Source: Candidatus Levyibacteriota bacterium
Lineage (GTDB): Bacteria; Patescibacteriota; Microgenomatia; Levybacterales; UBA12049
Assembly: GCA_029260905.1 (NCBI GenBank)
Contig: JAJDCH010000012.1
Location: 2,249-66,248, forward strand
Length of the DNA: 64,000 bases
Reading direction: 5' to 3'
Position numbers and translations under genes: made by a program. Shown here in pieces: positions 17,495 through 27,737 of this stretch. Numbering within the stretch: position 1 is the stretch's first letter; each line of letters opens with the position of its first letter. The notes under the pieces were generated by a model. The model saw only the letters and a program-made list of their open reading frames with translations, was not told the origin of the DNA and did not search any database.

Positions 17495-18571
17495 TCAACT
17501 TTGATGATGTCCTTGTTTGGCGATATTTAACAGTATTCCAATTGATGCAATATCGACGATGAGGGCTGATCCGCCAAATGAAATGAACGGAAGAGGAACA
17601 CCAGTAAGTGGCAAAAGAGCTGTCATCGCGCCAAGGTTAATAATAATTTGAATACCAATAAAAGATGTAATTCCTGCTGCAAGAAGCTTTCCAAAGTTGT
17701 CTTTTGCGCGTGTTGCTATCACAAACCCCCTTGCAATAAGCGCAGCAAAAAAAAATACTAAAACTGCAGATCCCAAAAGCCCAAATTCCTCAGCAATAAT
17801 CGGGAAGATAGAATCGGTGACATTCTCTGGAAGATAATCATATTTCTGAATCGAGTTACCAATTCCTAGTCCAAATATCCCACCTGATCCCAGCGCAATT
17901 AAGATCTGTTTCACATGATAAGAAGTTCCCTCAAGTGATCTGTCAAGGTTAAGAAAACTAGTAAGCCTTGCCATACGGTATGGAGCTGATTTTATGAGAA
18001 GATATCCTATTCCAAAAGCAACTGGTGTAGCTACCACAAAATGCATTATACTTCCACCTGATAGAAAATAAATAACAGCTGCTTCAAAAAGTATAATTGC
18101 AGCTGTCCCCATATCGGGTTGCAGCATCACAAGCAATAAAACTGAACCGATCAAAAGTAGAAATGCAAAAAACCTGCCTTTCTCTTTTTTGGAAAACCAG
18201 GCAGATAAATAAATTGCCAGAGCAAGCTTGACAAACTCCGCAGGTTGCAATCTGAAAGAACCAAGATTTATCCAGCGTGATGCGCCCTTGGCGCTTGATC
18301 CTATCCCAGGTATAAAAACCAAAACAAGAATAAAAAGAGCAACAAGAAGTATTGGAATAGCAAGATTAAAAAATCTGTGATAATCAAAAAAGTAAAAAAA
18401 TAAAAGACCACTAAAACCAAGAAGAACCCAAACCAATTGATCTTTTATAAAATGGTACTTATCATTAAATATATTAAATCCAACAACAGAAGATGCGCTA
18501 TAAATCATCAAAAGTCCAAACACAACTAGTATAAAGACTACACCAAAAAGTAAAAAATCAAATTTCTTCAT
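17495..18571 (-). CDS. ftsW: SEDS-family peptidoglycan glycosyltransferase FtsW
   Basis: 10-TM SEDS pattern and its position between mraY and murG. Confidence 0.8.
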   Translation of the reverse strand: MKKFDFLLFGVVFILVVFGLLMIYSASSVVGFNIFNDKYHFIKDQLVWVLLGFSGLLFFYFFDYHRFFNLAIPILLVALFILVLVFIPGIGSSAKGASRWINLGSFRLQPAEFVKLALAIYLSAWFSKKEKGRFFAFLLLIGSVLLLVMLQPDMGTAAIILFEAAVIYFLSGGSIMHFVVATPVAFGIGYLLIKSAPYRMARLTSFLNLDRSLEGTSYHVKQILIALGSGGIFGLGIGNSIQKYDYLPENVTDSIFPIIAEEFGLLGSAVLVFFFAALIARGFVIATRAKDNFGKLLAAGITSFIGIQIIINLGAMTALLPLTGVPLPFISFGGSALIVDIASIGILLNIAKQGHHQS

Positions 18572-18625
18572 AAAATACAGGAAGCCCCTTATATAATTCT
18601 ATAATAATTTGGATAAATATGTAAC

Positions 18626-19627
18626 TCAGACGAAGGCCATGAAGACACCAAGAACAGCAAGAAAAATACCTATCAGCCACGCCCTCATAACTATTTTTGG
18701 CTCTTCCCAGCCCTTTTGTTGTAAATATAAATGAAACGGCGCAGCTGGAAAAACTTTTCTTCCTAGATATTTTTTAGCAAGAAGCTGAATAAGAGATGAT
18801 CCAGCTTCAAGAACAAAGAATCCACCTATTATCATTAGAGCAAGCGCCTTTCCTGTCAGAAGTCCGATAACAGCAAGAACCGCACCAAGAGATAATGACC
18901 CAACATCTCCAAGCCAAATCCTTGCTTTGTAAATATTAAAATACAAAAATGCTATCATCGCCCCCACCAATACTGCTATAAAAATACCAAGCGATTCATC
19001 AAGTTGAGCTGAGTTTATAATCAAAAAAGCAATTAGACAAATAAGAAGAAGCCCCGATGCAAGACCATCTAGACCATCTGTAATATTAAAAGCATTTACA
19101 AAAGCAACAATCACAAATGCTGCGAAAGGAATAAATAAAATTCCAAGAGGAAGCTGACCCACAGCATGAATATATATAAAGTCGTATCCAAGCTGAAAAT
19201 AAAAAACAGATGCTATTATAAATGCCAAGATCCACTGAATAATAAATTTATGCCTGAAGCGAAGACCAAACCAGCCAGTATTGTCAATCAATTTTTTAAA
19301 ATCATCATAAAATCCTAAAAGTCCAAAACCAATAAAGCTGAAAAACAACACAAAAATCTCCCAGATCCTTAGCTGTGTTGCAAAAACACCGTATGCCCAA
19401 AAAGTACAAATTGTTACAATAAGAATGATTATTATTCCTCCTCCAAAAGGCGTTCCTACCTTCCAGGAATTGAATTTATCAAAAAGAGGAGTTTTTTTAT
19501 TGAAGATGTCACGCGTTATCTGATGCTGTCTTCTCAGCTTTATTCTATATAGGAAATCAATAAACGGCACCAGCAAAATAGCTGTTACAAAAAATGATGA
19601 CAAAATTAATCCTAAAATCCGTTCCAC
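18626..19627 (-). CDS. mraY: Phospho-N-acetylmuramoyl-pentapeptide transferase MraY
   Basis: Signature NAFNITDGLDGLASG, polytopic topology, and dcw context. Confidence 0.88.
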   Translation of the reverse strand: MERILGLILSSFFVTAILLVPFIDFLYRIKLRRQHQITRDIFNKKTPLFDKFNSWKVGTPFGGGIIIILIVTICTFWAYGVFATQLRIWEIFVLFFSFIGFGLLGFYDDFKKLIDNTGWFGLRFRHKFIIQWILAFIIASVFYFQLGYDFIYIHAVGQLPLGILFIPFAAFVIVAFVNAFNITDGLDGLASGLLLICLIAFLIINSAQLDESLGIFIAVLVGAMIAFLYFNIYKARIWLGDVGSLSLGAVLAVIGLLTGKALALMIIGGFFVLEAGSSLIQLLAKKYLGRKVFPAAPFHLYLQQKGWEEPKIVMRAWLIGIFLAVLGVFMAFV

Positions 19628-19650
19628 AACTTGTTATTATACTCTATCTA

Positions 19651-20406
19651 CTAGTCGGAGTTCAAATAAGAAGATTTCAGAAGCTTTTCCGCCTCAATTA
19701 AATCACTCTCTGTATTCACGCCACGCCACAAAATATTTCCCGCTCTTAATGTTTGCACCCTCTCATTATTTTCAACTCCCAAATTTATTATGTCTGTCAA
19801 GTAATATTCATTTGTAATCTTGTTTTTCTTAATACGTGGCAGATATTTTTCTAAAAAATCTATTCTGAAAATATAACAACCTGTATTTACTTCCTTTATC
19901 TCTTTTTCTTGATCAGTTGCATGTCTTTCCTCTATGCTTCTTATAGCTTTACCAGTACTATCTCTCACAATTCTACCAGCACCTCTAGGGTTATCTACAT
20001 CAACCGTCAAAAAGGTAAGTTCTGATCCCGAATCAATATGCTTAAGCAACATTTTTTCCAGGAGCTTATCTTTATATAAAAAAGAGTCATCTCCCTGAAT
20101 AACCAATACGTCGGTAATATCATTTTTTATTTTTAAGAGACCTGTTTTTAAGACATCAGCAGTCCCAATCTGCTCATCCTGAACAGCAAAATCCACACCC
20201 TTTCCTCTCAATGAATTTTTTACTGAATCTTTTGCAAATCCGACAACCACTACAATTTGCCTAAGGTCCAACTTTTCAAGAAGTTCTATTGTATGAAGAA
20301 TCAAGGGCTTTCCAAAAATTGGCAAAGCAACTTTGTTGATATTAGTTGACCCCATTCTTTTGCCTTTGCCAGCTGCAAAGACAACTGCTCCTATTTTCCT
20401 TGTCAT
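19651..20406 (-). CDS. Sugar-phosphate nucleotidyltransferase (GlmU N-terminal-like uridylyltransferase domain only, no LbH domain)
   Basis: G-rich loop VFAAGKGKRMGS...NKVALPIFGKPLILHTIE. At 251 aa it lacks the hexapeptide acetyltransferase half. It overlaps murA by 4 nt. Confidence 0.6.
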   Translation of the reverse strand: MTRKIGAVVFAAGKGKRMGSTNINKVALPIFGKPLILHTIELLEKLDLRQIVVVVGFAKDSVKNSLRGKGVDFAVQDEQIGTADVLKTGLLKIKNDITDVLVIQGDDSFLYKDKLLEKMLLKHIDSGSELTFLTVDVDNPRGAGRIVRDSTGKAIRSIEERHATDQEKEIKEVNTGCYIFRIDFLEKYLPRIKKNKITNEYYLTDIINLGVENNERVQTLRAGNILWRGVNTESDLIEAEKLLKSSYLNSD

Positions 20407-21737
20407 AATTCGTCTTTTTTTTCTCTTTTTATATTGGCGCCAAGTTTTTTTAATCTTTTTTCAAAACTCTCATAACCCCGATCCAATTTCTCAATTCCAA
20501 AAATAGTCGAAACGCCAGTTGCTGCAAGAGCTGCAAGAACAACTGCAGCACCAGCCCTTATGTCAAGAGTAGTCATCACTGCATCATGCAGCTGGGATGG
20601 TCCTTTTATCTTTACTGCATGGAAATTTTCAGGACTATCATCATCAAGATTGAAGTTATAAACTTGCTCAGGACTTTTAACGTTTGGGTTAAAAAGCTCT
20701 GCTCTTGCACCCATTCTTACAAGATCATGAACATACGATAATCTATCTTCAAAAACTGTTTCATGAATAACAGACTCGCCTTTTGCCTGTGTCATAAAAA
20801 CTGTCCAAATTGATTGCCAATCAGTTAAAAACCCAGGATGAATTCCTGTTGTCACATTAACTGCATCGAGATCTCCAGTTGAATAAAATCTGATCCCGCC
20901 GTTTCCTATCTCAACACCAGCACCTGTTTCTCTAAATTTTTCCAAAAAATCCCCAATCTGGGTTTTATCAGCATCTTTGATAAATACATCTCCCCCTGTC
21001 ACGACGGCTGCAATTGCAAATGTCGCGACCTCTATTCTGTCTGGATTTATAACAATTTCTGCCCCATGCAGTTTCTCAACTCCTTTGATAGTGATCTGAC
21101 GCTTTGCCGAACGCTTAATTTTAGCACCCATCTGATTTAAAAGATCAATTATCTCATCAATCTCTGGTTCTTCTGCGGCATTATCAAGAACTGTTGTTCC
21201 TCTTGCAAGAACTGCTGTAAGAATCATTGTCTCTGTTCCTGTATGAGTGTTTTTTTTAAACTCATAATTAGCTCCAATTAGACCTTTTGTCTTGGCATAA
21301 AAAAATCCATCATCACTTTCATAAAGAATATCAACATTCATTTTTTCGATTCCTTCAATTGTCCGATTAATAGGACGCGCACCAAGCCTGCATCCTCCGG
21401 GATTTGGAATGACAGCTTCCCCCACCCTTGCAAGAAGCGGTGCTATGAACATAGATGATGTTCGTGCCAATACTGCTTTATCAAGAGGTATAGAAAAATG
21501 ATTAAAATTCTCCATCTGTATCGAAAGAGTGTGATCATTAAGCTTTACCTTTGCTCCGAGATCTTTCATAATATCAACCATTACAAAAAAATCAGCAATC
21601 AATGGAACATTGTGAATAATAACCTCTTCCTGAGTCATACATGAAGCAACAAGCGCTTTAAGCGCAGCATTTTTTGCGCCGGAAACAGTCACAGATCCTT
21701 TTAATTTATTACCACCTTTTATTATGTATTTTTCCAT
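20403..21737 (-). CDS. murA: UDP-N-acetylglucosamine 1-carboxyvinyltransferase MurA
   Basis: IKGGNKLKGSVTVSGAKNAAL and the active-site loop NPGGCRLGARPINRT. Confidence 0.9.
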   Translation of the reverse strand: MEKYIIKGGNKLKGSVTVSGAKNAALKALVASCMTQEEVIIHNVPLIADFFVMVDIMKDLGAKVKLNDHTLSIQMENFNHFSIPLDKAVLARTSSMFIAPLLARVGEAVIPNPGGCRLGARPINRTIEGIEKMNVDILYESDDGFFYAKTKGLIGANYEFKKNTHTGTETMILTAVLARGTTVLDNAAEEPEIDEIIDLLNQMGAKIKRSAKRQITIKGVEKLHGAEIVINPDRIEVATFAIAAVVTGGDVFIKDADKTQIGDFLEKFRETGAGVEIGNGGIRFYSTGDLDAVNVTTGIHPGFLTDWQSIWTVFMTQAKGESVIHETVFEDRLSYVHDLVRMGARAELFNPNVKSPEQVYNFNLDDDSPENFHAVKIKGPSQLHDAVMTTLDIRAGAAVVLAALAATGVSTIFGIEKLDRGYESFEKRLKKLGANIKREKKDEL

Positions 21738-21764
21738 AAAAATTTATAATGCAAATTTCAAAAC

Positions 21765-23180
21765 TCAAATAAATTTCAATTCTGAGTGTATTTTATAGAT
21801 ATCTCCTGCCCCCATTGTCACGAGAACCACATCTGACCTAAATCGTTTTTGATTTATGTATTCTACCACATCAACAAGAGAAGGTTGATAGCTGACGTTT
21901 CTGGTATTATTCATGATTTCATCTGTTAGAAATTTGGCTGTAACACTATCGTCTTTTTCTTCTCTGAGAGATGCATAAATATCTGTAATCACCACCTCAA
22001 AGGCATCTTCAAATGACTTTGAAAAATCAATAAAAAGATTCTTAGTCCGAGAATAAGTGTGTGGTTGAAAAATACAAACTATTTTCTTGTTTGGATACTT
22101 CTTTTTTAGTGTTGCAAGAGTTGTCTTTATTTCTGTTGGGTGATGGGCATAGTCATCATAAAATATCCCTCCAGTTATAAGCTCTCCAATATATTCAAGT
22201 CTTCTTTTCGATCCTGTAAAAGCTGAGAGCCCTTTTTTAATATCTTCAACTGAAAGACCTATTTCTAGCCCCGCAACAACTGCTGCCAAAGCATTTTTTG
22301 CATTATGATCACCTGATACTTTTAATACAAACTCTCCAAGCCTTGAAGAAAAAGCAGTTACCCAAAAAAATGTCTGATCGCCTGAAACAGTAATCCTATC
22401 AATAATATAATCATTCTCTGGACTCGTTCCATATTTAATTATTCTTCCATGGTAATCTTTAAGCATCTCTTTTATTTCTGGATCATCACCACTTGCAATC
22501 AAAACTCCATCTTTTGGCAAGCTATTTACAAACTTTAAAAACTCATCTCTTATCTTTTCAACAGAATCATAAACATCAGGATGATCAAATTCTATATTTG
22601 TGAGAACAATTATTTTTGGTTTTTGCCAATGAAACTTAATAGTCTTATCATGTAGAGGATCTGTTATATATTCATCTGCTTCGGCAATAAAATAATTGCC
22701 CTTTCCAAAGTGTCCTGGTGCACCAAGCGATCCTACATCTCCTGTCCCGATAACATACGACGGATCAAGACCAGCCTCCTTAAAAAGAGTTGCAATCATA
22801 GCAGTTGTAGTCGTTTTACCATGTGCGCCAGCAACTGATATTCCTATAAATTTTTTATTAAAAAGATGACCCTTCATGAACTCACCGACTGCCTCAGCCT
22901 GTGTAATAACCTGAATATTTTTACTCTTTGCTGTTTTTACCTCAATATTATCCAACCCGCCATGAGCACCAGTAGCGACAATTAAATCCTGATTATTAAT
23001 ATGTGATTGATTAAATTCGGAAAAGACTTCTATTCCTGCGCTTTTTAAGGCCTTATCAGTTATAAATTCTTGAGCGATATCAGATCCTGTTACACCAAAA
23101 CCAGCCTGCTTTGCGATAATTGCCAGAGGCGTCATCCCAACGCCCTTTATCCCTGTAAAATGTATTTTTAACTTCTTCAT
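21765..23180 (-). CDS. murC: UDP-N-acetylmuramate--L-alanine ligase MurC
   Basis: IHFTGIKGVGMTPLAIIAKQAGFGVTGSD and the P-loop GISVAGAHGKTTTTAM. Confidence 0.85.
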   Translation of the reverse strand: MKKLKIHFTGIKGVGMTPLAIIAKQAGFGVTGSDIAQEFITDKALKSAGIEVFSEFNQSHINNQDLIVATGAHGGLDNIEVKTAKSKNIQVITQAEAVGEFMKGHLFNKKFIGISVAGAHGKTTTTAMIATLFKEAGLDPSYVIGTGDVGSLGAPGHFGKGNYFIAEADEYITDPLHDKTIKFHWQKPKIIVLTNIEFDHPDVYDSVEKIRDEFLKFVNSLPKDGVLIASGDDPEIKEMLKDYHGRIIKYGTSPENDYIIDRITVSGDQTFFWVTAFSSRLGEFVLKVSGDHNAKNALAAVVAGLEIGLSVEDIKKGLSAFTGSKRRLEYIGELITGGIFYDDYAHHPTEIKTTLATLKKKYPNKKIVCIFQPHTYSRTKNLFIDFSKSFEDAFEVVITDIYASLREEKDDSVTAKFLTDEIMNNTRNVSYQPSLVDVVEYINQKRFRSDVVLVTMGAGDIYKIHSELKFI

Positions 23181-23217
23181 AAAATTTTTTGTGATGTATC
23201 AATACATGGGTACTGAC

Positions 23218-23865
23218 TCAAATCAATGAAATAACAGATGCAAATCTTCCATTAACATTTCCACCACGATATGAATAAAAAATATCCATATTGTCCTTTG
23301 TACAAATATTTATAACTTCAATATTTTTTTTCTCAATTCCTTTTTTCTCTAGCTGATCAAATGCCAACTGAAAAATATCAATAAAATCTCCATCAACCTC
23401 ATAACATTTCTTCTCAATACCAGGTCCAATACCAATTAAAATATCTTTAGGATCTGATCCAAATTCTGATACAAGCTTATTTACCACGTTTCCAAGAATA
23501 TTTAGTCCCAAGCCCTTCCTTCCACCATGCCCTATTCCTACTGCTTCTTTTTTAGGATCATAAAAAAGAACTGGCAGACAATCCGCAACAACAACTGACA
23601 ATGGAATATTTTTTTTATCGGTTACCAGTCCGTCCGCATTCTGAATCTGCCAAATTTTGTTGTCAGTTACAACTGCGACATCCCCACCATGGATCTGATG
23701 CATGCAAACTTCTGCTTTTGGTAAATTAAGTTCAATGATAAACTTTTCAAGATTCTCTTTACTAAGAGAACCATCTTCATTTTTCATACTGCCAAAACTA
23801 CGAGTTGAAATCCCATGTTTTATGTTTCCAAATTCAGATAAATTTTTAAATCTTAAAAAATTCAT
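23218..23865 (-). CDS. pgeF: Peptidoglycan editing factor PgeF (YfiH/DUF152 family)
   Basis: HQIHGGDVAVVTD...ADGLVTD...VVVADCLPVLFYD...GIGHGGRKG matches the family's His/Cys/His pattern. Confidence 0.75.
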   Translation of the reverse strand: MNFLRFKNLSEFGNIKHGISTRSFGSMKNEDGSLSKENLEKFIIELNLPKAEVCMHQIHGGDVAVVTDNKIWQIQNADGLVTDKKNIPLSVVVADCLPVLFYDPKKEAVGIGHGGRKGLGLNILGNVVNKLVSEFGSDPKDILIGIGPGIEKKCYEVDGDFIDIFQLAFDQLEKKGIEKKNIEVINICTKDNMDIFYSYRGGNVNGRFASVISLI

Positions 23866-23867
23866 GA

Positions 23868-25106
23868 TTATTTACCATTGGTTATTTTTTCAATTGCTTT
23901 AAGGGCAATCGCGCTCTCATTCCATTCCTCCTCACCTCTTCCGTAATTCATAGATTTCTCATGCCCCTTTCCTGTTAACAGAACAATATCGCCCTTTTTT
24001 GCAATTGATACAGCAAATAATATCGCTTCTCTCCGATCTTTTATTTTATAAACATTTTGAACTTTACGTTTTGAGCTTTTTGTTCCAAGTTCTATCTCAT
24101 CCATTATCCCACCCGCATCTTCACTACGCGGATCCTCAGACGTCAGAATAATAACATCAGCATTCTCAGCTGATATCTTTCCCATTTCAGATCTTTTATA
24201 TTTATCTCTCTCACCTGCCGCTCCAAAAACATGAATAAGTCTACCATTGGTTATTTTTTTTATCTCAGGAAGTACACTTAAAAATGAATTTGGTGTATGT
24301 GCAAAATCATTTATAATCTTAAATTCATTGTCATAGACAATTTCCTGTCTGCCTTTTGGTAAAGAAAAAGTCTTAATCCCATCTCTTATCAAGACGTCAG
24401 GTATACCAATCTGTCTAGCAACAGAAATAGCAGCAAGACAATTATAAAGATTAAATTTCCCAATTAAATTTGTTTCAAAAGGAAAAACATCGGGATTTAC
24501 ATCTGAGTCATTTTTCAAACCATAAGTAATCATTTTTCTTTCCTTAATTCCTAGTTCATAATTCATAATTCTTTCATAGGATTTATCATCTTTATTAATA
24601 ATTGCAGTTTTTGCGGCTTTTAAAAGCCTGGCCTTTACATCAACATATCTATCATATGTTTTGTGATAATCTAAGTGCTCATTTGAAACATTGGTAAGTA
24701 CTCCGATCTCAACCGGTATTCCAAATGCCCTATACTGATCAAGAGCATGTGATGTTAACTCCAACACGACATATTCAACACCCATATTTTTTGATTTTCT
24801 CAGATATGATTGAAGAGCAAATCTCCCGGGAGTTGTGACATGATAGCCAATATCTGATGACTTATCTTTAATTGTCGCGCCAATTGTCGAGATAAGCGAA
24901 ACGTCTTTTCCTGAATTAGATAAAATATGAAAAATCAAATTTGCAGTTGTTGTTTTTCCATCAGTTCCAGTAACACCAATAACTCTTAATTTTCTGGATG
25001 GAAACCAGTATATAAGATTGGCAAGTAACGCCTGACCGAGATGATACTGATTCTTTGCCTGTTGCCACATAGTTTGCTTGTATAGTATATCAAAATTCAA
25101 GCACAA
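23868..25106 (-). CDS. murE: Mur ligase, most likely UDP-MurNAc-L-Ala-D-Glu:diamino-acid ligase MurE, with a shortened N-terminal domain
   Basis: P-loop VIGVTGTDGKTTTANLI and the MurE-like TSEDPRSED (DNPR-type) motif. It sits directly downstream of ftsI. Confidence 0.65.
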   Translation of the reverse strand: MCLNFDILYKQTMWQQAKNQYHLGQALLANLIYWFPSRKLRVIGVTGTDGKTTTANLIFHILSNSGKDVSLISTIGATIKDKSSDIGYHVTTPGRFALQSYLRKSKNMGVEYVVLELTSHALDQYRAFGIPVEIGVLTNVSNEHLDYHKTYDRYVDVKARLLKAAKTAIINKDDKSYERIMNYELGIKERKMITYGLKNDSDVNPDVFPFETNLIGKFNLYNCLAAISVARQIGIPDVLIRDGIKTFSLPKGRQEIVYDNEFKIINDFAHTPNSFLSVLPEIKKITNGRLIHVFGAAGERDKYKRSEMGKISAENADVIILTSEDPRSEDAGGIMDEIELGTKSSKRKVQNVYKIKDRREAILFAVSIAKKGDIVLLTGKGHEKSMNYGRGEEEWNESAIALKAIEKITNGK

Positions 25107-25134
25107 ATATGGAATTTTGTGTTAAAATAGATTA

Positions 25135-25470
25135 ATGAAACCGATTATTGAGTATGATGATTTTGTCAAGCTTGACCTACGGGTGGGCACTGTAGTTGCA
25201 TGCGTTGAAAAAGAGGGATCTGATAAGCTTTTGAGATTAACTGTCGATTTTGGTGAAGATGGAACTCGAAATGTTTTGTCAGGAATTAAGCAATGGTTTA
25301 AACCAAAAGATCTGATGGACAAACAATTTGTCTTTGTTTTTAATCTTGCTCCACGCCGGATGATGGGTGAAGAATCAGAAGGCATGATCTTGGCAGCAGA
25401 TGGAAAAGATGGAAAGCCAGCCCCCCTCAAACCCAAGTCCAAAGTCCCAAATGGAGCAAAAATCCTTTAA
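25135..25470 (+). CDS. tRNA-binding protein (CsaA/YgjH, Myf/EMAP-II-like OB domain)
   Basis: DDFVKLDLRVGTVVACVEKEGSDKLLRLTVDFGEDGTRNVLSGIK...ESEGMILAA is collinear with CsaA. Confidence 0.8.
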   Translation: MKPIIEYDDFVKLDLRVGTVVACVEKEGSDKLLRLTVDFGEDGTRNVLSGIKQWFKPKDLMDKQFVFVFNLAPRRMMGEESEGMILAADGKDGKPAPLKPKSKVPNGAKIL

Positions 25471-25472
25471 TT

Positions 25473-25733
25473 ATGCTAGACAACCTCAAAAAACAATCGC
25501 TATTTGAAAAAATAACCCAAATACTTCTACCAATTTTTACAATCGCTGGCTTTATTCTTACATCAGTTAAAAACCCAGGACTTGGCTTAGTGTTTGGTCT
25601 AATTGCACAAATATTTTGGCTTTATTCAAGCTACAAAGCATGGAAAGGAGCAAATCAAATCGGGATTTTTGTCACTTCCATAATTCTTACTTTTGTTATC
25701 TTGTTTGGTGTCATCAATTACTGGCTTTTGTAA
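25473..25733 (+). CDS. Small membrane protein (2-3 TM), hypothetical
   Basis: Hydrophobicity only. Confidence 0.35.
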   Translation: MLDNLKKQSLFEKITQILLPIFTIAGFILTSVKNPGLGLVFGLIAQIFWLYSSYKAWKGANQIGIFVTSIILTFVILFGVINYWLL

Positions 25734-25750
25734 AAAAGACAATTATAATA

Positions 25751-27427
25751 CTAGTTCGTAGGTGTTATTCCATAATATGTTAAGATCTTCTGCGCGACAC
25801 TAAAAAAAACAGGTGCTGCTGTTTCTGCACCATAAATAGAACTTGTTGGTCTATCAAAAATAACAAGCATTAAAAATTTGGGATCATCAGCTGGCGCAAA
25901 TCCGATAAATGACGCAATTGTTTTAGTCGGATCGTAATGTCCGGCAACAGGGATTTGAGCAGTACCTGTTTTTCCTGCAATTCGATAGCCCTCAGGTTTG
26001 GCAAATTTTGCCTCACCATTATCAACTGCGTTCACCATCATTTCAGTTATCACCTTTGCAGCTCTATCTGAGATTGGTCTTGAGAGAACTTTTGGTTTTA
26101 TTTTTATTTCCTCAGCATCTGCTGTAATAATCTTTGCAACCACATGTGGTTCCATTCTTTTACCCTCATTTGCAATGGCTGAAAAGGCTGTAAGAAGCTG
26201 AATCGGAGTCACAGTTATTCCCTGACCAAAACTTGCTGTTGCAACATCTATGGGGTACCAATTGTCCCTTGGTCTTAAATTTTCACCAACTTCTCCTTGA
26301 AGATCAATTCCTGTTGTTTCGCCTATTCCAAATTTCTGAAGATAACCAACCATCTTATCCAAGCCTAGCTTTTGTCCTGCAAAAACCATACCTGTGTTAT
26401 CAGAATGCATTATTACATCAGTCATGCTTGATCCCGCATAGTATTTATCATTCCACGTCTTTATCTCATACCCTCCAATTGATACAGGACCAGAGCAAAT
26501 ACTGCACTTGGTGTCTGCTTTTACCAGCCCTGCATCCAAAGCACTAGACATGATAAGAGGTTTAAACGTACTCCCAGGCTCGTAAGTATCAGAAATAAAA
26601 GGATTTTTATAAAACAAATCGCTATACTCTGCATAATTACTAGGATCAAAATTGGGAAAAGAAGACATAGCAAGTATTCCACCTGTTTTGGGATCCATTA
26701 CAGCAGCCATTGCGCTTTTTGCCCCGTATTTTTTGACACCATCTTTGATAGCTTCATCCAAAAGGAACTGAATGGTTCTATCAGTATGAAGAACCAGCGT
26801 TCTACCATCAATTTTATTATTTTTATCAAGCTTTGAGAGAATCGGTTTTCCAAGAGCGTCATGAATAACAACAGCCTCAGCCCCTTTTCCTTTTAGCTGT
26901 CTATCATAATAGCCCTCGAGCCCAAAATAGCCTTTACTTTCACCATTTTCACCTTTGCCGACAAACCCCAAAAGCTTTGCAGCCATTGAAGCCTCAGGAT
27001 AAAACCTGCTTGACTGCTCCTCAAATCCGATTCCTGGAATATTCATTGAGCTAATTTTCTCTTTCTGATCATGATTGAGATCGTTTTGTATTGAAACCCA
27101 AAATTTATCAAGCTCAAGAACTGCGCTAATTGATGCTGAATCTGCTTCGAGAACTGAAGAGATTTTCTCTGCAATCTTTTGAGTATCTTTTATTTGTTTT
27201 GGATTGGCAAAAAGAAGATAGGTAAGCTTATTTGCAGCAATTGGAAAATTATCTGAAGTTTTTATTTCGCCACGCAGAGCATCAAGGCTTATTCTTCTTT
27301 CATACTGGTTCCTGGCAATAACTGATAACTCATCTGCTCTTACTACCTGCCAATAAAAAAGACGTGCAAGAACCAAAACAAAAAGAAAAATAAAACCTGA
27401 TAATATAAAACGATACCTCCAGTTCAT
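25751..27427 (-). CDS. ftsI: Class B penicillin-binding protein / septal transpeptidase FtsI
   Basis: N-terminal TM anchor, then STFK (SxxK), HSDN (SxN) and KTGTAQ (KTG) motifs. Confidence 0.85.
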   Translation of the reverse strand: MNWRYRFILSGFIFLFVLVLARLFYWQVVRADELSVIARNQYERRISLDALRGEIKTSDNFPIAANKLTYLLFANPKQIKDTQKIAEKISSVLEADSASISAVLELDKFWVSIQNDLNHDQKEKISSMNIPGIGFEEQSSRFYPEASMAAKLLGFVGKGENGESKGYFGLEGYYDRQLKGKGAEAVVIHDALGKPILSKLDKNNKIDGRTLVLHTDRTIQFLLDEAIKDGVKKYGAKSAMAAVMDPKTGGILAMSSFPNFDPSNYAEYSDLFYKNPFISDTYEPGSTFKPLIMSSALDAGLVKADTKCSICSGPVSIGGYEIKTWNDKYYAGSSMTDVIMHSDNTGMVFAGQKLGLDKMVGYLQKFGIGETTGIDLQGEVGENLRPRDNWYPIDVATASFGQGITVTPIQLLTAFSAIANEGKRMEPHVVAKIITADAEEIKIKPKVLSRPISDRAAKVITEMMVNAVDNGEAKFAKPEGYRIAGKTGTAQIPVAGHYDPTKTIASFIGFAPADDPKFLMLVIFDRPTSSIYGAETAAPVFFSVAQKILTYYGITPTN

Positions 27428-27452
27428 AATCTAAGTGTAGCAAATTTGACAC

Positions 27453-27737
27453 CTATCGTCCCAGCGCAATAGGCAGAGGTTCTGTGAGATAAACATGAGA
27501 TTTTGCATCAACAAAGCCTGAGCTACTTGCTTTTTTTGAAACTTCAATCAAAGATGCCTCCTTTAAGTATCTTTCTTTAAGAATTGCATTTGCTTTTCTA
27601 TAGCTTGATAAAGATTCTTCTAGTTTCACCAACTCCACACCAGTAGTTGAAACATTATTCTCAACACCAACTCTCACAATTGTCAAAACAACAATTATGC
27701 TAAAAATTATTGAAATAATAAATATTGGTTTCTTCAT
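27453..27737 (-). CDS. FtsL-like small bitopic division protein
   Basis: 94 aa, one TM helix then a coiled-coil region, located between rsmH and ftsI. Confidence 0.5.
   Translation of the reverse strand: MKKPIFIISIIFSIIVVLTIVRVGVENNVSTTGVELVKLEESLSSYRKANAILKERYLKEASLIEVSKKASSSGFVDAKSHVYLTEPLPIALGR

Noticed and set aside
21760-21785. Single AAACTCAAAT copy in the murA-murC spacer
   Set aside because: Only one unit, not a tandem tract. Noted only as further evidence that the heptamer is widespread.
25122-25442. Minus-strand 106-aa ORF
   Set aside because: It is antisense to the well-supported CsaA-like tRNA-binding protein gene and has a low-complexity S/P-rich translation.
26233-26547. Plus-strand 104-aa ORF (and 25998-26201)
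   Set aside because: Antisense to ftsI.
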